Origin: Aeromicrobium sp.
Lineage (GTDB): Bacteria > Actinomycetota > Actinomycetes > Propionibacteriales > Nocardioidaceae
Assembly: GCF_023146395.1 (NCBI RefSeq)
Contig: NZ_JAGLCD010000004.1
Location: 194,718-258,717 of the forward strand
Reading direction: 5' to 3'
Length of the DNA: 64,000 nt
A program made the translations under genes and the position numbers. The notes under the pieces were generated by a model. It made no database searches. It was not told the origin of the DNA and saw only the letters and a list, made by a program, of their open reading frames with translations. Of the stretch, positions 9,188-16,979 are shown piece after piece (within the stretch, counting starts at the first letter, position 1; each line of letters opens with the position of its first letter).

Positions 9188-9277
9188 CACAGCTTCGGCG
9201 GTGTTACCCACACGATCAGGGCCTCGGTCCACAGTTTCTCCCCAGGTTCATCCCCCAACTCTCCAAGGAGGCCCGAC

Positions 9278-9772
9278 ATGCACTGTCCGTTCTGCAAGAA
9301 CACCGACACCCGCGTTCTCGACAGTCGGGTCGCCGACGAGGGCGGCTCGATCCGCCGGCGTCGCACCTGCTCGTCTTGCGAGAAGCGCTTCACCACGATC
9401 GAGCAGATGCAGCTCATGGTCGTCAAGCGGTCGGGGGCCACCGAGCCCTTCGCCCGTGAGAAGGCCGTGGCCGGCGTGCGCAAGGCCTGCAAGGGTCGGC
9501 CCGTCTCCGACGACGACCTCGCTCGGCTGGGTCAGCGCGTCGAGGACACGCTGCGCTCGTCCGGTTGCGCCGAGATCGAGGCCCACCAGGTCGGGCTCGC
9601 GGTCCTGGAGCCGCTCAAGGAGCTCGACGAGGTCGCGTACCTGCGCTTCGCCAGCGTCTACAAGGCCTTCGACTCCGCCGACGACTTCGCCGCGGAGATC
9701 GCCAGCCTCATGTCCCGATCGGCCGACGGCGAGCTCGCCGAGGAAGCCGCCACCCGTACGTCCTCGTCGTAG
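9278..9772 (+). CDS. nrdR: Transcriptional repressor NrdR
   Basis: MHCPFC...VLDSR...[16 protein letters not shown] zinc ribbon, ATP cone, [10 protein letters not shown]; AAGGAGG RBS. Confidence 0.97.
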   Translation: MHCPFCKNTDTRVLDSRVADEGGSIRRRRTCSSCEKRFTTIEQMQLMVVKRSGATEPFAREKAVAGVRKACKGRPVSDDDLARLGQRVEDTLRSSGCAEIEAHQVGLAVLEPLKELDEVAYLRFASVYKAFDSADDFAAEIASLMSRSADGELAEEAATRTSSS

Positions 9773-9913
9773 TCAGCACGTCCCGCACGTCCGGGGTCCG
9801 TCGCCGTGAGCCACGGCTGCGAGCCCGAGAACGCTTCAGCACCACCGCACGACCCGCACAGCAGCACCGCAGTCAGCAGCAGTCAAACCCTTTTGAGCAA
9901 CAGGAGCACCCCC

Positions 9914-12793
9914 ATGACGGAGACCGTCAGCGGACCCACCGGTTCGTCCCGCAAGAGCGCCTCCAAGGCCGGTTCCGGCCTGAAGGTCGAGCGCGTCTAC
10001 ACCACCGAGGGCGTGCACCCGTACGACGCCGTCACCTGGGAGCGCCGCGATGTCGTCCAGACCAACTGGAAGACCGGCGAGAGCGTCTTCGAGCAGCGCG
10101 GCGTCGAGTTCCCCGACTTCTGGAGCGTCAACGCCTCCACGATCGTCACCACCAAGTACTTCCGTGGCGCGGTCGGCTCGGCCGAGCGTGAGCAGAGCCT
10201 CAAGCAGCTCCTGGACCGCGTCGTGCTCACCTACGTCAAGGCCGGCAAGGACTTCGGCTACTTCGCCACCGCCGCCGACGCCGAGATCTTCGAGCACGAG
10301 CTCACGCACATGCTGCTGCACCAGGTGTTCAGCTTCAACAGCCCCGTGTGGTTCAACGTCGGCACGTCCAGCCCGCAGCAGGTCAGCGCCTGCTTCATCC
10401 TGGCCGTCGACGACTCGATGGACTCGATCCTCAACTGGTACCGCGAGGAGGGCCTGATCTTCAAGGGTGGATCCGGCGCCGGCCTCAATCTCTCGCGCAT
10501 CCGTTCCAGCAAGGAGCTGCTCCGCTCCTCGGGCGGCACTGCCTCGGGCCCGGTCTCGTTCATGCGCGGCGCCGACGCCTCGGCCGGCACCATCAAGTCC
10601 GGTGGCGCGACGCGCCGCGCGGCCAAGATGGTCGTGCTCGACGTCGACCACCCCGACATCGTCGAGTTCGTCGAGACCAAGGAGAAGGAGGAGGAGAAGA
10701 TCCGCGTCCTGCGCGACGCCGGCTTCGACATGGACCTCGGCGGCTCCGACATCACCTCGGTGCAGTACCAGAACGCCAACAACTCGGTGCGCGTCAGCGA
10801 CGAGTTCATGCGCGCGGTCGAGGAGAAGACCGACTTCGGCCTGCGCGGCCGCATGACCGGTGAGGTCATCGAGCAGGTCGACGCGAACGAGCTGTGGGAC
10901 AAGATCGCCAAGGCCGCGTGGGCGTGCGCCGACCCGGGCATCCAGTACGACTCCACGATCAACGACTGGCACACCACGCCGGAGGCGGGCCGCATCACGG
11001 CCTCCAACCCGTGCTCGGAGTACATGCACCTGGACAACTCCAGCTGCAACCTCGCCAGCCTCAACCTGATGAAGTTCCTGGGTCAGGACGGGTCCTTCGA
11101 GGTCGAGAAGTTCGTCAAGAGCGTCGAGCTCATCATCACGGCGATGGACATCTCGATCTGCTTCGCCGACTTCCCGACCGACCCGATCGGGGAGACCACG
11201 CGGGCCTACCGCCAGCTCGGCATCGGCTACGCCAACCTCGGCGCGCTGCTGATGGCCTCGGGCCTGGCGTACGACTCCGACGGCGGCCGCGCGCTGGCCG
11301 GCTCGATCACCTCGCTCATGACCGGCACCTCGTACCGCCGCTCGGCCGAGCTGGCCGGCATCGTCGGCGCGTACGACGGCTACGCGCAGAACGCCGCCCC
11401 GCACACGCGGGTCATGCGCAAGCACCTGGCCGCCAACGACGACATCCGCACGATGCACACGATGGACATCGCGGTGCACCGTGAGGCCACCAAGCAGTGG
11501 GCCGACAACCTCAAGATCGGTGAGAAGAACGGCTGGCGCAACGCCCAGGCGTCCGTGCTCGCGCCCACCGGCACGATCGGCTTCATGATGGACTGCGACA
11601 CGACCGGCATCGAGCCGGACTTCTCGCTGGTCAAGTTCAAGAAGCTCGTCGGTGGCGGCTCCATGCAGGTCGTCAACCAGACCGTCCCGGCCGCGCTGAC
11701 CAAGCTCGGCTACACCGGCGAGACCATCGAGGCGATCGTCGAGTTCATCGCCGAGCACGGCCACGTCATCGACGCGCCCGGCCTGAAGCCCGAGCACTAC
11801 GAGGTCTTCGACTGCGCGGTCGGCGAGCGGGCCATCAAGCCCATGGGTCACGTGCGCATGATGGCCGCGGCCCAGCCGTTCCTGTCGGGCGCCATCTCCA
11901 AGACGGTCAACATGCCCGAGTCGTCCACGGTCGAGGAGATCGCCGACGTCTACTACCAGGGCTGGAAGCTCGGCCTGAAGGCGCTCGCGGTCTACCGCGA
12001 CAACTGCAAGGTCGGTCAGCCGCTGTCGAGCCAGAAGTCGCAGGACGACAAGACCAGCGCGTCGGCCGAGTCCGCCACGCAGGTCAAGACGGTCGTCGTC
12101 GAGAAGCCGATCCGTCGCCGCCTCCCGAAGTCGCGCGCGTCGATCACCACGAGCTTCTCCGTGGGCGGTGCCGAGGGCTACATGACCTCGGGTGCGCACG
12201 AGAGTGGCGAGCTGGGCGAGGTCTTCCTCAAGCTCGGCAAGCAGGGTTCGACGCTGGCCGGTGTCATGGACGCCTTCAGCATCGCGACCTCGATCGGCCT
12301 GCAGTACGGCGTGCCGCTGGAGACCTTCGTCAGCAAGTTCACCAACCTGAAGTTCGAGCCGGCCGGTCTCACCGACGACTCCGACGTTCGGATGGCGCAG
12401 TCGATCATGGACTACGTGTTCCGTCGCCTCGCGCTGGACTACCTGGACTTCGACACCCGTTCCGCGCTCGGGATCTTCTCGGCCGAGGAGCGTCAGCGTC
12501 ACCTCGACACCGGTTCCTACCAGCCCATCAACGACGGTTCCACCGCCGCCGAGCTGGTCGAGACCCCCGTCGAGACGCTGCCGAAGGCCGAGGCCGCCCC
12601 GGCTGCCGAGGACGTCGTCGAGGAGACCGCCAAGGCGGCACCGTCGCAGGCCCACACCTCGGCCGAGCTGCTCGAGGCCATCACGGGCTCCGCGGTCGAC
12701 TCGCCCCTGTGCATGACCTGCGGCACCAAGATGCGCCCCGCCGGCTCGTGCCACGTGTGCGAGGGCTGCGGCTCCACCAGCGGCTGCAGCTGA
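9914..12793 (+). CDS. nrdJ: Vitamin B12-dependent (class II) ribonucleotide reductase
   Basis: FNSPVWFN, SACFIL, SNPCSEY thiyl motif, APTGTI, C-terminal TSCPD region and CxxC..CxxCxxCGSTSGCS. No intein-like insertion evident. Confidence 0.96.
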   Translation: MTETVSGPTGSSRKSASKAGSGLKVERVYTTEGVHPYDAVTWERRDVVQTNWKTGESVFEQRGVEFPDFWSVNASTIVTTKYFRGAVGSAEREQSLKQLLDRVVLTYVKAGKDFGYFATAADAEIFEHELTHMLLHQVFSFNSPVWFNVGTSSPQQVSACFILAVDDSMDSILNWYREEGLIFKGGSGAGLNLSRIRSSKELLRSSGGTASGPVSFMRGADASAGTIKSGGATRRAAKMVVLDVDHPDIVEFVETKEKEEEKIRVLRDAGFDMDLGGSDITSVQYQNANNSVRVSDEFMRAVEEKTDFGLRGRMTGEVIEQVDANELWDKIAKAAWACADPGIQYDSTINDWHTTPEAGRITASNPCSEYMHLDNSSCNLASLNLMKFLGQDGSFEVEKFVKSVELIITAMDISICFADFPTDPIGETTRAYRQLGIGYANLGALLMASGLAYDSDGGRALAGSITSLMTGTSYRRSAELAGIVGAYDGYAQNAAPHTRVMRKHLAANDDIRTMHTMDIAVHREATKQWADNLKIGEKNGWRNAQASVLAPTGTIGFMMDCDTTGIEPDFSLVKFKKLVGGGSMQVVNQTVPAALTKLGYTGETIEAIVEFIAEHGHVIDAPGLKPEHYEVFDCAVGERAIKPMGHVRMMAAAQPFLSGAISKTVNMPESSTVEEIADVYYQGWKLGLKALAVYRDNCKVGQPLSSQKSQDDKTSASAESATQVKTVVVEKPIRRRLPKSRASITTSFSVGGAEGYMTSGAHESGELGEVFLKLGKQGSTLAGVMDAFSIATSIGLQYGVPLETFVSKFTNLKFEPAGLTDDSDVRMAQSIMDYVFRRLALDYLDFDTRSALGIFSAEERQRHLDTGSYQPINDGSTAAELVETPVETLPKAEAAPAAEDVVEETAKAAPSQAHTSAELLEAITGSAVDSPLCMTCGTKMRPAGSCHVCEGCGSTSGCS

Positions 12794-12801
12794 TCTAGCA
12801 G

Positions 12802-12840
12802 CGACGAAGGGCCCCACCAGTGCGGTGGGGCCCTTCGTCG
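12802..12840. terminator. Bidirectional intrinsic terminator hairpin
   Basis: CGACGAAGGGCCCCACC-N5-GGTGGGGCCCTTCGTCG between convergent genes. Confidence 0.8.
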
Positions 12841-13374
12841 TCAGTACCCGTACACGTGCAGGCTGACGACGTCGATCTCGCGTCGCGGATTGCCGAAGAA
12901 GGATCCGAGTCGCCGCGCGACGATCGGAAACGGCTTCTCCCTCGCACTCCCATCTGGCTTCCAATTGGACTGAGGGACGATGAGGAAAAGGTGATGTGCG
13001 TTCGGGGCGAGGTGCGCTTTCCACAGATCCTTCAGATCGTGGTTGTTGGTCGTGGTCCCTCCCCGTTCAACCTCGGCGAGGATTCCGCGCCCGCCGCCCA
13101 GGTCGTAGAAGAAGTCGGGACGGGCTTGGGTGACGAACTGATCTTCGGGTCGAAGTACAACCTCCTCATCGAAGGCCAGCTCTGCGCGAAGGATCTCGGA
13201 CACCAAGGTCTGGATCGCGCTGCTCGACGCGCCGTGGACGTGAGCCAACGCAAGCTCCTGTCGTCGATCGGCCATCGCTGAGCGAAGGCGAGTAGCGATT
13301 CCGTCGACGAGCGCCACTTCTGCCACCTCTTCCGGCGTGAGTGCACTTCTCACGTGCCGGACATAGGTGATCAC
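12841..13374 (-). CDS. Hypothetical protein, putative PD-(D/E)XK restriction-endonuclease-like fold
   Basis: ARPDFFY...GILAEVERG...HDLKDLWK motif pattern; GTG start; more A/T-ending codons than neighbouring genes. Confidence 0.6.
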   Translation of the reverse strand: MITYVRHVRSALTPEEVAEVALVDGIATRLRSAMADRRQELALAHVHGASSSAIQTLVSEILRAELAFDEEVVLRPEDQFVTQARPDFFYDLGGGRGILAEVERGGTTTNNHDLKDLWKAHLAPNAHHLFLIVPQSNWKPDGSAREKPFPIVARRLGSFFGNPRREIDVVSLHVYGY

Positions 13375-13487
13375 AGGCGTAGCTTGTCACTGGCCACCGC
13401 GGTTGCGTCGCCCTTGGTAGGAATCAGAGCGCTCGATGGAGGTGGCCTTCGCAGGCGCAGGGCGAGCATCGGGACCTCCGAGAATCG

Positions 13488-13514
13488 ATTGTGTCCAACT
13501 GAGTTGTGTGCAAT
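13488..13514. promoter_or_regulatory. Putative OhrR operator
   Basis: Palindrome ATTG-N4-CAACT-G-AGTTG-N4-CAAT 10 nt upstream of the ohrR ATG. Confidence 0.65.
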
Positions 13515-13524
13515 GCTTTGTCCC

Positions 13525-13956
13525 ATGACCACGGCACGCCTCGACGACCAGCTGTGCTTCGCGCTGTACGCGGCGTCGCGCCGTCTGACGACGGCGTATC
13601 GCGGCACGCTCACCGAGCTCGGCATCACCTACCCGCAGTACCTCGCGCTGATGGTGCTGTGGGAGAGCGATGGCATCACGGTCTCGGAGCTGGGGGAGCG
13701 CCTCAGTCTCGACTCCGGCACGCTCTCGCCACTGCTCAAGCGACTTGATCTGCAGGGGCTCGTCGAGCGCCGCGCGTCCACTGAGGACGAGCGGCGCGTC
13801 CACGTGTACCTCACCGGCGCCGGCCGCGACATGAGCGCCGAAGTCGGACGCCTCCAGCAGTGCGTGGTCGACGCGATCGACCTCGACGCCGAGGAGTTCA
13901 CCGCACTGCGCGCGCTCGCCCGCCGAGTGGCGCACCTCGAACCGGTTCGGTCCTGA
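13525..13956 (+). CDS. ohrR: MarR family regulator, OhrR type
   Basis: LDDQLCFALY (sensing Cys), TYPQYL, LDSGTLSPLLKRL, DER; adjacent to ohr. Confidence 0.9.
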   Translation: MTTARLDDQLCFALYAASRRLTTAYRGTLTELGITYPQYLALMVLWESDGITVSELGERLSLDSGTLSPLLKRLDLQGLVERRASTEDERRVHVYLTGAGRDMSAEVGRLQQCVVDAIDLDAEEFTALRALARRVAHLEPVRS

Positions 13957-14003
13957 TCCGAATCTGCACGACTCACCAGACCACCAACATCAAGGAGATC
14001 ACC

Positions 14004-14426
14004 ATGGATGCCCTCTACACCGCCGAAGCTCTCGCGACGGGCGGCGGCCGCGACGGCCACGTGCGCACGAGCGACGGCCAGCTCGACCTCGACCTCGCCG
14101 TCCCGAAGGACATGGGCGGCGCGGGCGGCGCGGCCAACCCGGAGCTGCTGTTCGCCGCCGGCTACTCGGCCTGCTTCCACGGCGCCCTGCAGGCGGTGGC
14201 CCGCGCCGAGAAGGCCGAGCTGGGCGACTCCACGGTCGGGGCGAAGGTCTCGATCGGCTCCGACGGCCAGGGCGGCTTCCAGCTCGCCGTGAAGCTCGAG
14301 GTCGTCATCCCCGACCTGCCCCACGACGAGGCGCAGGCGCTGGCCGACAAGGCCCACCAGGTCTGCCCGTACTCGAACGCCACGCGCGGCAACATCGAGG
14401 TCGAGGTCTCCGTCGTCGACGACTGA
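14004..14426 (+). CDS. ohr: Organic hydroperoxide resistance protein
   Basis: GGGRDG, NPELLFAAGYSACF, AHQVCPYSNATRGN; AAGGAG RBS. Confidence 0.96.
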   Translation: MDALYTAEALATGGGRDGHVRTSDGQLDLDLAVPKDMGGAGGAANPELLFAAGYSACFHGALQAVARAEKAELGDSTVGAKVSIGSDGQGGFQLAVKLEVVIPDLPHDEAQALADKAHQVCPYSNATRGNIEVEVSVVDD

Positions 14427-14439
14427 GCCTCGATCTGTC

Positions 14440-14473
14440 CACAGCCCCGGCTCCCCGTGGAGCCGGGGCTGTG
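14440..14473 (+). terminator. Stem-loop after ohr
   Basis: CACAGCCCCGGCTCC-N4-GGAGCCGGGGCTGTG. Confidence 0.7.
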
Positions 14474-14478
14474 CCACG

Positions 14479-14500
14479 TGTCAGTGCTGGCACCTAGCGT
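14479..14500 (+). promoter_or_regulatory. PafBC/RecA-NDp-type DNA-damage promoter
   Basis: TGTCAGTG-CTGGCACC-TAGCGT matches TGTCRGTG-N8-TAnnnT. Confidence 0.7.
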
Positions 14501-14534
14501 TCGGACCCACCTGGAACCGAACGAGAGGACCCTC

Positions 14535-15008
14535 ATGATCGATGACGGCCAGACTGACAACGGCGGCCGGCGCCCCGGCGGGTCGCCGCAGCTGGAGCCG
14601 ATCGACATCGTCGAACGGTTCTTCGCGATCGAGGCGGCCCGTGTCACGCCACGCACGGTCCGCACCTACTCGCAGGTGGTCGCCCGACTCGACGACTACC
14701 TCCACACCGTCGACGCCACGCCCTGGATCGGCCCGCACTACGCCGCCCTGCTCCAGGCAGAGCGGCAGTTCGCCCCGAAGGGCGCTGTGCTGCGCCTGTT
14801 CGGCCTGGAGGGCCTGGTCTTTTGCCTGCCGGGTTTCCTGGAGCCGGAGTGGTTGTCACCCGTGCCGTCGGAGCGCCGGGCCCAGATCGCGCTCGCGGGG
14901 CGCCTCCTGGATCATCTGCGCCGCCGCGACCTGATCGACTTTCGCGAGATCGCCTGCGCGTTCTACGAGGCGCGCCAGGCCGTCTACGACGCGCGCGACG
15001 CTGCGTGA
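14535..15008 (+). CDS. Hypothetical protein (helical; possible integrase core-binding-like segment)
   Basis: GAGAGGA RBS, typical codon bias; segment TPRTVRTYSQVVARLDDYL. Confidence 0.65.
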   Translation: MIDDGQTDNGGRRPGGSPQLEPIDIVERFFAIEAARVTPRTVRTYSQVVARLDDYLHTVDATPWIGPHYAALLQAERQFAPKGAVLRLFGLEGLVFCLPGFLEPEWLSPVPSERRAQIALAGRLLDHLRRRDLIDFREIACAFYEARQAVYDARDAA

Positions 15009-15046
15009 CCCGACCGGTCTGCGGCGCTGGGCGAGATTCGCGTCGT

Positions 15047-15772
15047 TCAGGCTGCGGCCGCAGCGCGGTGCTCCGCGAGCGCCTGGGCCAGAGCCCGCAG
15101 CACGTCGAGGTTGAACCCCATCGCGAGGTGCGCCGAGTCGACCCGGACGTTCTGCGCCCACGGGCCCTCGTCCTCCTCCCGCACGCGGCAGGCCGGCCCT
15201 GACACCACGCCGTCGATCGGCGACCAGATCGCCGTCATCGGCATCGTGAGCGGCTGGGCATGGCGCTCCGCGCCCTCCGGCGTGAGATCGTCGGCGGCCT
15301 CGGGGTTCAGGAGGCGGAACCACCGCACGATCCACTCGGTGCCCTCGCGTCCACGGATCGGCGTGCCCATCGTCACGACGTCGCGCACGTGCTCGGGATG
15401 GCGACGTGCCGCCTCGCGCGCGTAGACGCCTCCCAGGCTCCAGCCCACCAGCGTGATGGGGCCATCGACTGCCAGCTCGGCGATGTGTGCCTCGAGCTTC
15501 TCCTCGTCGCCGGCGGTGATCCCCAGGTTCCACCCGAGATTCCATCCCGAGGTGCGATATCCGAGGTCCTCCAAGAAGTGCCGCATCGGCAGGGTCGTGT
15601 GATCGGTGGCGGTGAACCCGGGCAGCACCAGCACCATGTGGCCGTCGCCCCGGGGTGACTCCCGCGCGAGGTCGTCGAGCCCGGCCGCCAGCTTCGCGAA
15701 CGCAACTGGCATCCCGACGAGCTCCCAGAGCAGTCCCACCGGTCCCGGACGCCATGACGGCAACAGGCTCAT
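15047..15772 (-). CDS. Alpha/beta hydrolase (esterase/lipase, PGAP1-like)
   Basis: VLVLPGF oxyanion loop, GWSLGG nucleophile, DGVV acid, SAHLAMG His. Confidence 0.85.
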   Translation of the reverse strand: MSLLPSWRPGPVGLLWELVGMPVAFAKLAAGLDDLARESPRGDGHMVLVLPGFTATDHTTLPMRHFLEDLGYRTSGWNLGWNLGITAGDEEKLEAHIAELAVDGPITLVGWSLGGVYAREAARRHPEHVRDVVTMGTPIRGREGTEWIVRWFRLLNPEAADDLTPEGAERHAQPLTMPMTAIWSPIDGVVSGPACRVREEDEGPWAQNVRVDSAHLAMGFNLDVLRALAQALAEHRAAAAA

Positions 15773-15875
15773 GCGCACCTCATCTGATCGACAGCCCCCG
15801 CGAGTGTAGGGCGTCGAGCAGCGCATTGACCCTCGTTTGTTGCATGATCGGCGCACGCCAAGGGAGGGAGACCCG

Positions 15876-16727
15876 ATGAGCGACATCAAGATCATGAACA
15901 TGCGCCGAGACGATCGGTGCGGGTGCGGTGCAGCGACGCCCCGTGGGTCACGTGCCGGCTGGGACCGAGAGCGTCGCGTGGTCGTGTGCTTGAGCTGTCT
16001 GCCAGGCGTCGGCCGTCGGCGCGCTGACGTGCCGGCGGACACCACTGACCCAACCGGCGGAGTATCCCCTCCAGGACGGCGCAGGGCTGTTCAGCCTCCA
16101 CCGCTTCCCATTGAGGTAGGCGTCCCCGGGCAGTCGTTGGTCGCGGAGTTTGCTCGACGCCAGGCGAAGGCCGAGACCGAGTACCGGAAGCGTCACCCCG
16201 TCCGGTCGCGATGGTTCGGCGTGCGTGCTCCACTGGCGCCGAGTGCGCGGGCGTTCATGGTCGGGGCCGAGGGGGAGCAGCTCATCGCCGACCAGGTCGT
16301 GCGAGCCACGGTCGGGCGAGGCTTCTGGATGTTCAACCGCAGTCTGGGTCGACGCGCCGGGGACATCGACGTCCTCGGTGTCCTCGACAGCGGCATCTGG
16401 ATCGTTGATGCGAAGCACTACCGAGGACGTCAGGTCACGGTGAAGGACGACATCATCGTCGTCGGTAGTCGCCGGCGACCGGGGCTTACCGAGAGCATGT
16501 GGCGCCAAATCTCCGCTGTCACCGCCGCCGTTCCGGGGGTACCGGTGCACCCAGCCATCTGCATCGTCGGTGGTCGTGTCCCGGCCGATGGGGCGCGAGC
16601 GGAGGGAATCGTCGTGACCGACGTAGAGGGCCTGACCCGGGCGATGAGTATCGGCGGTCCGATCGACGAGGCGACCCGCGGCGAGATCGTGCAGCGACTC
16701 GCGGCAGCACTACCTGCTGCGGCTTGA
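15876..16727 (+). CDS. NERD (nuclease-related) domain protein with N-terminal Cys motif
   Basis: GAEGEQ, GDIDVL, GIWIVDAKHY motifs; N-terminal RCGCG...VCLSC. Confidence 0.75.
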   Translation: MSDIKIMNMRRDDRCGCGAATPRGSRAGWDRERRVVVCLSCLPGVGRRRADVPADTTDPTGGVSPPGRRRAVQPPPLPIEVGVPGQSLVAEFARRQAKAETEYRKRHPVRSRWFGVRAPLAPSARAFMVGAEGEQLIADQVVRATVGRGFWMFNRSLGRRAGDIDVLGVLDSGIWIVDAKHYRGRQVTVKDDIIVVGSRRRPGLTESMWRQISAVTAAVPGVPVHPAICIVGGRVPADGARAEGIVVTDVEGLTRAMSIGGPIDEATRGEIVQRLAAALPAAA

Positions 16728-16793
16728 GCCGTACAACGTGCGACTGCGCCCGGGGCGCGGGATGATCAGCCTCAACTCAGGGAAGGAGAACCC

Positions 16794-16967
16794 ATGAGCG
16801 AGACCATGAACGCGGGCAAGCGACGCGCGGCCGTGCCGGTGGACTCCGGCGTGGCCACGGACGGACGGCGTCGCCTGGAGCCCGTCCCCGCCGAGACTCC
16901 GGCGGCGGAGCACGGCGACCAGGGCCGTGCGCGGACGCGATGGTTCCGACGAGGTCCCTCGGTCTGA
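16794..16967 (+). CDS. Small hypothetical protein (57 aa), not in ORF track
   Basis: AAGGAGAA RBS then ATG; MSETMNAGKRRAAVPVDSGVATDGRRRLEPVP...WFRRGPSV. It fills the intergenic gap. Confidence 0.45.
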   Translation: MSETMNAGKRRAAVPVDSGVATDGRRRLEPVPAETPAAEHGDQGRARTRWFRRGPSV

Positions 16968-16979
16968 GGGTGGCGGGCG

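Noticed and set aside
9773-9913. Possible cobalamin riboswitch or intein associated with nrdJ
   Set aside because: No B12-box features in the short spacer, and NrdJ shows no intein-like insertion or splice motifs.
9836-13024. 1062-aa antisense ORF opposite nrdJ, and similar long shadow ORFs (21798-24260, 34194-36872, 45737-47956, 52342-53808, 59614-61890)
   Set aside because: These are antisense mirrors of strongly biased high-GC genes, with no recognisable motifs or RBS.
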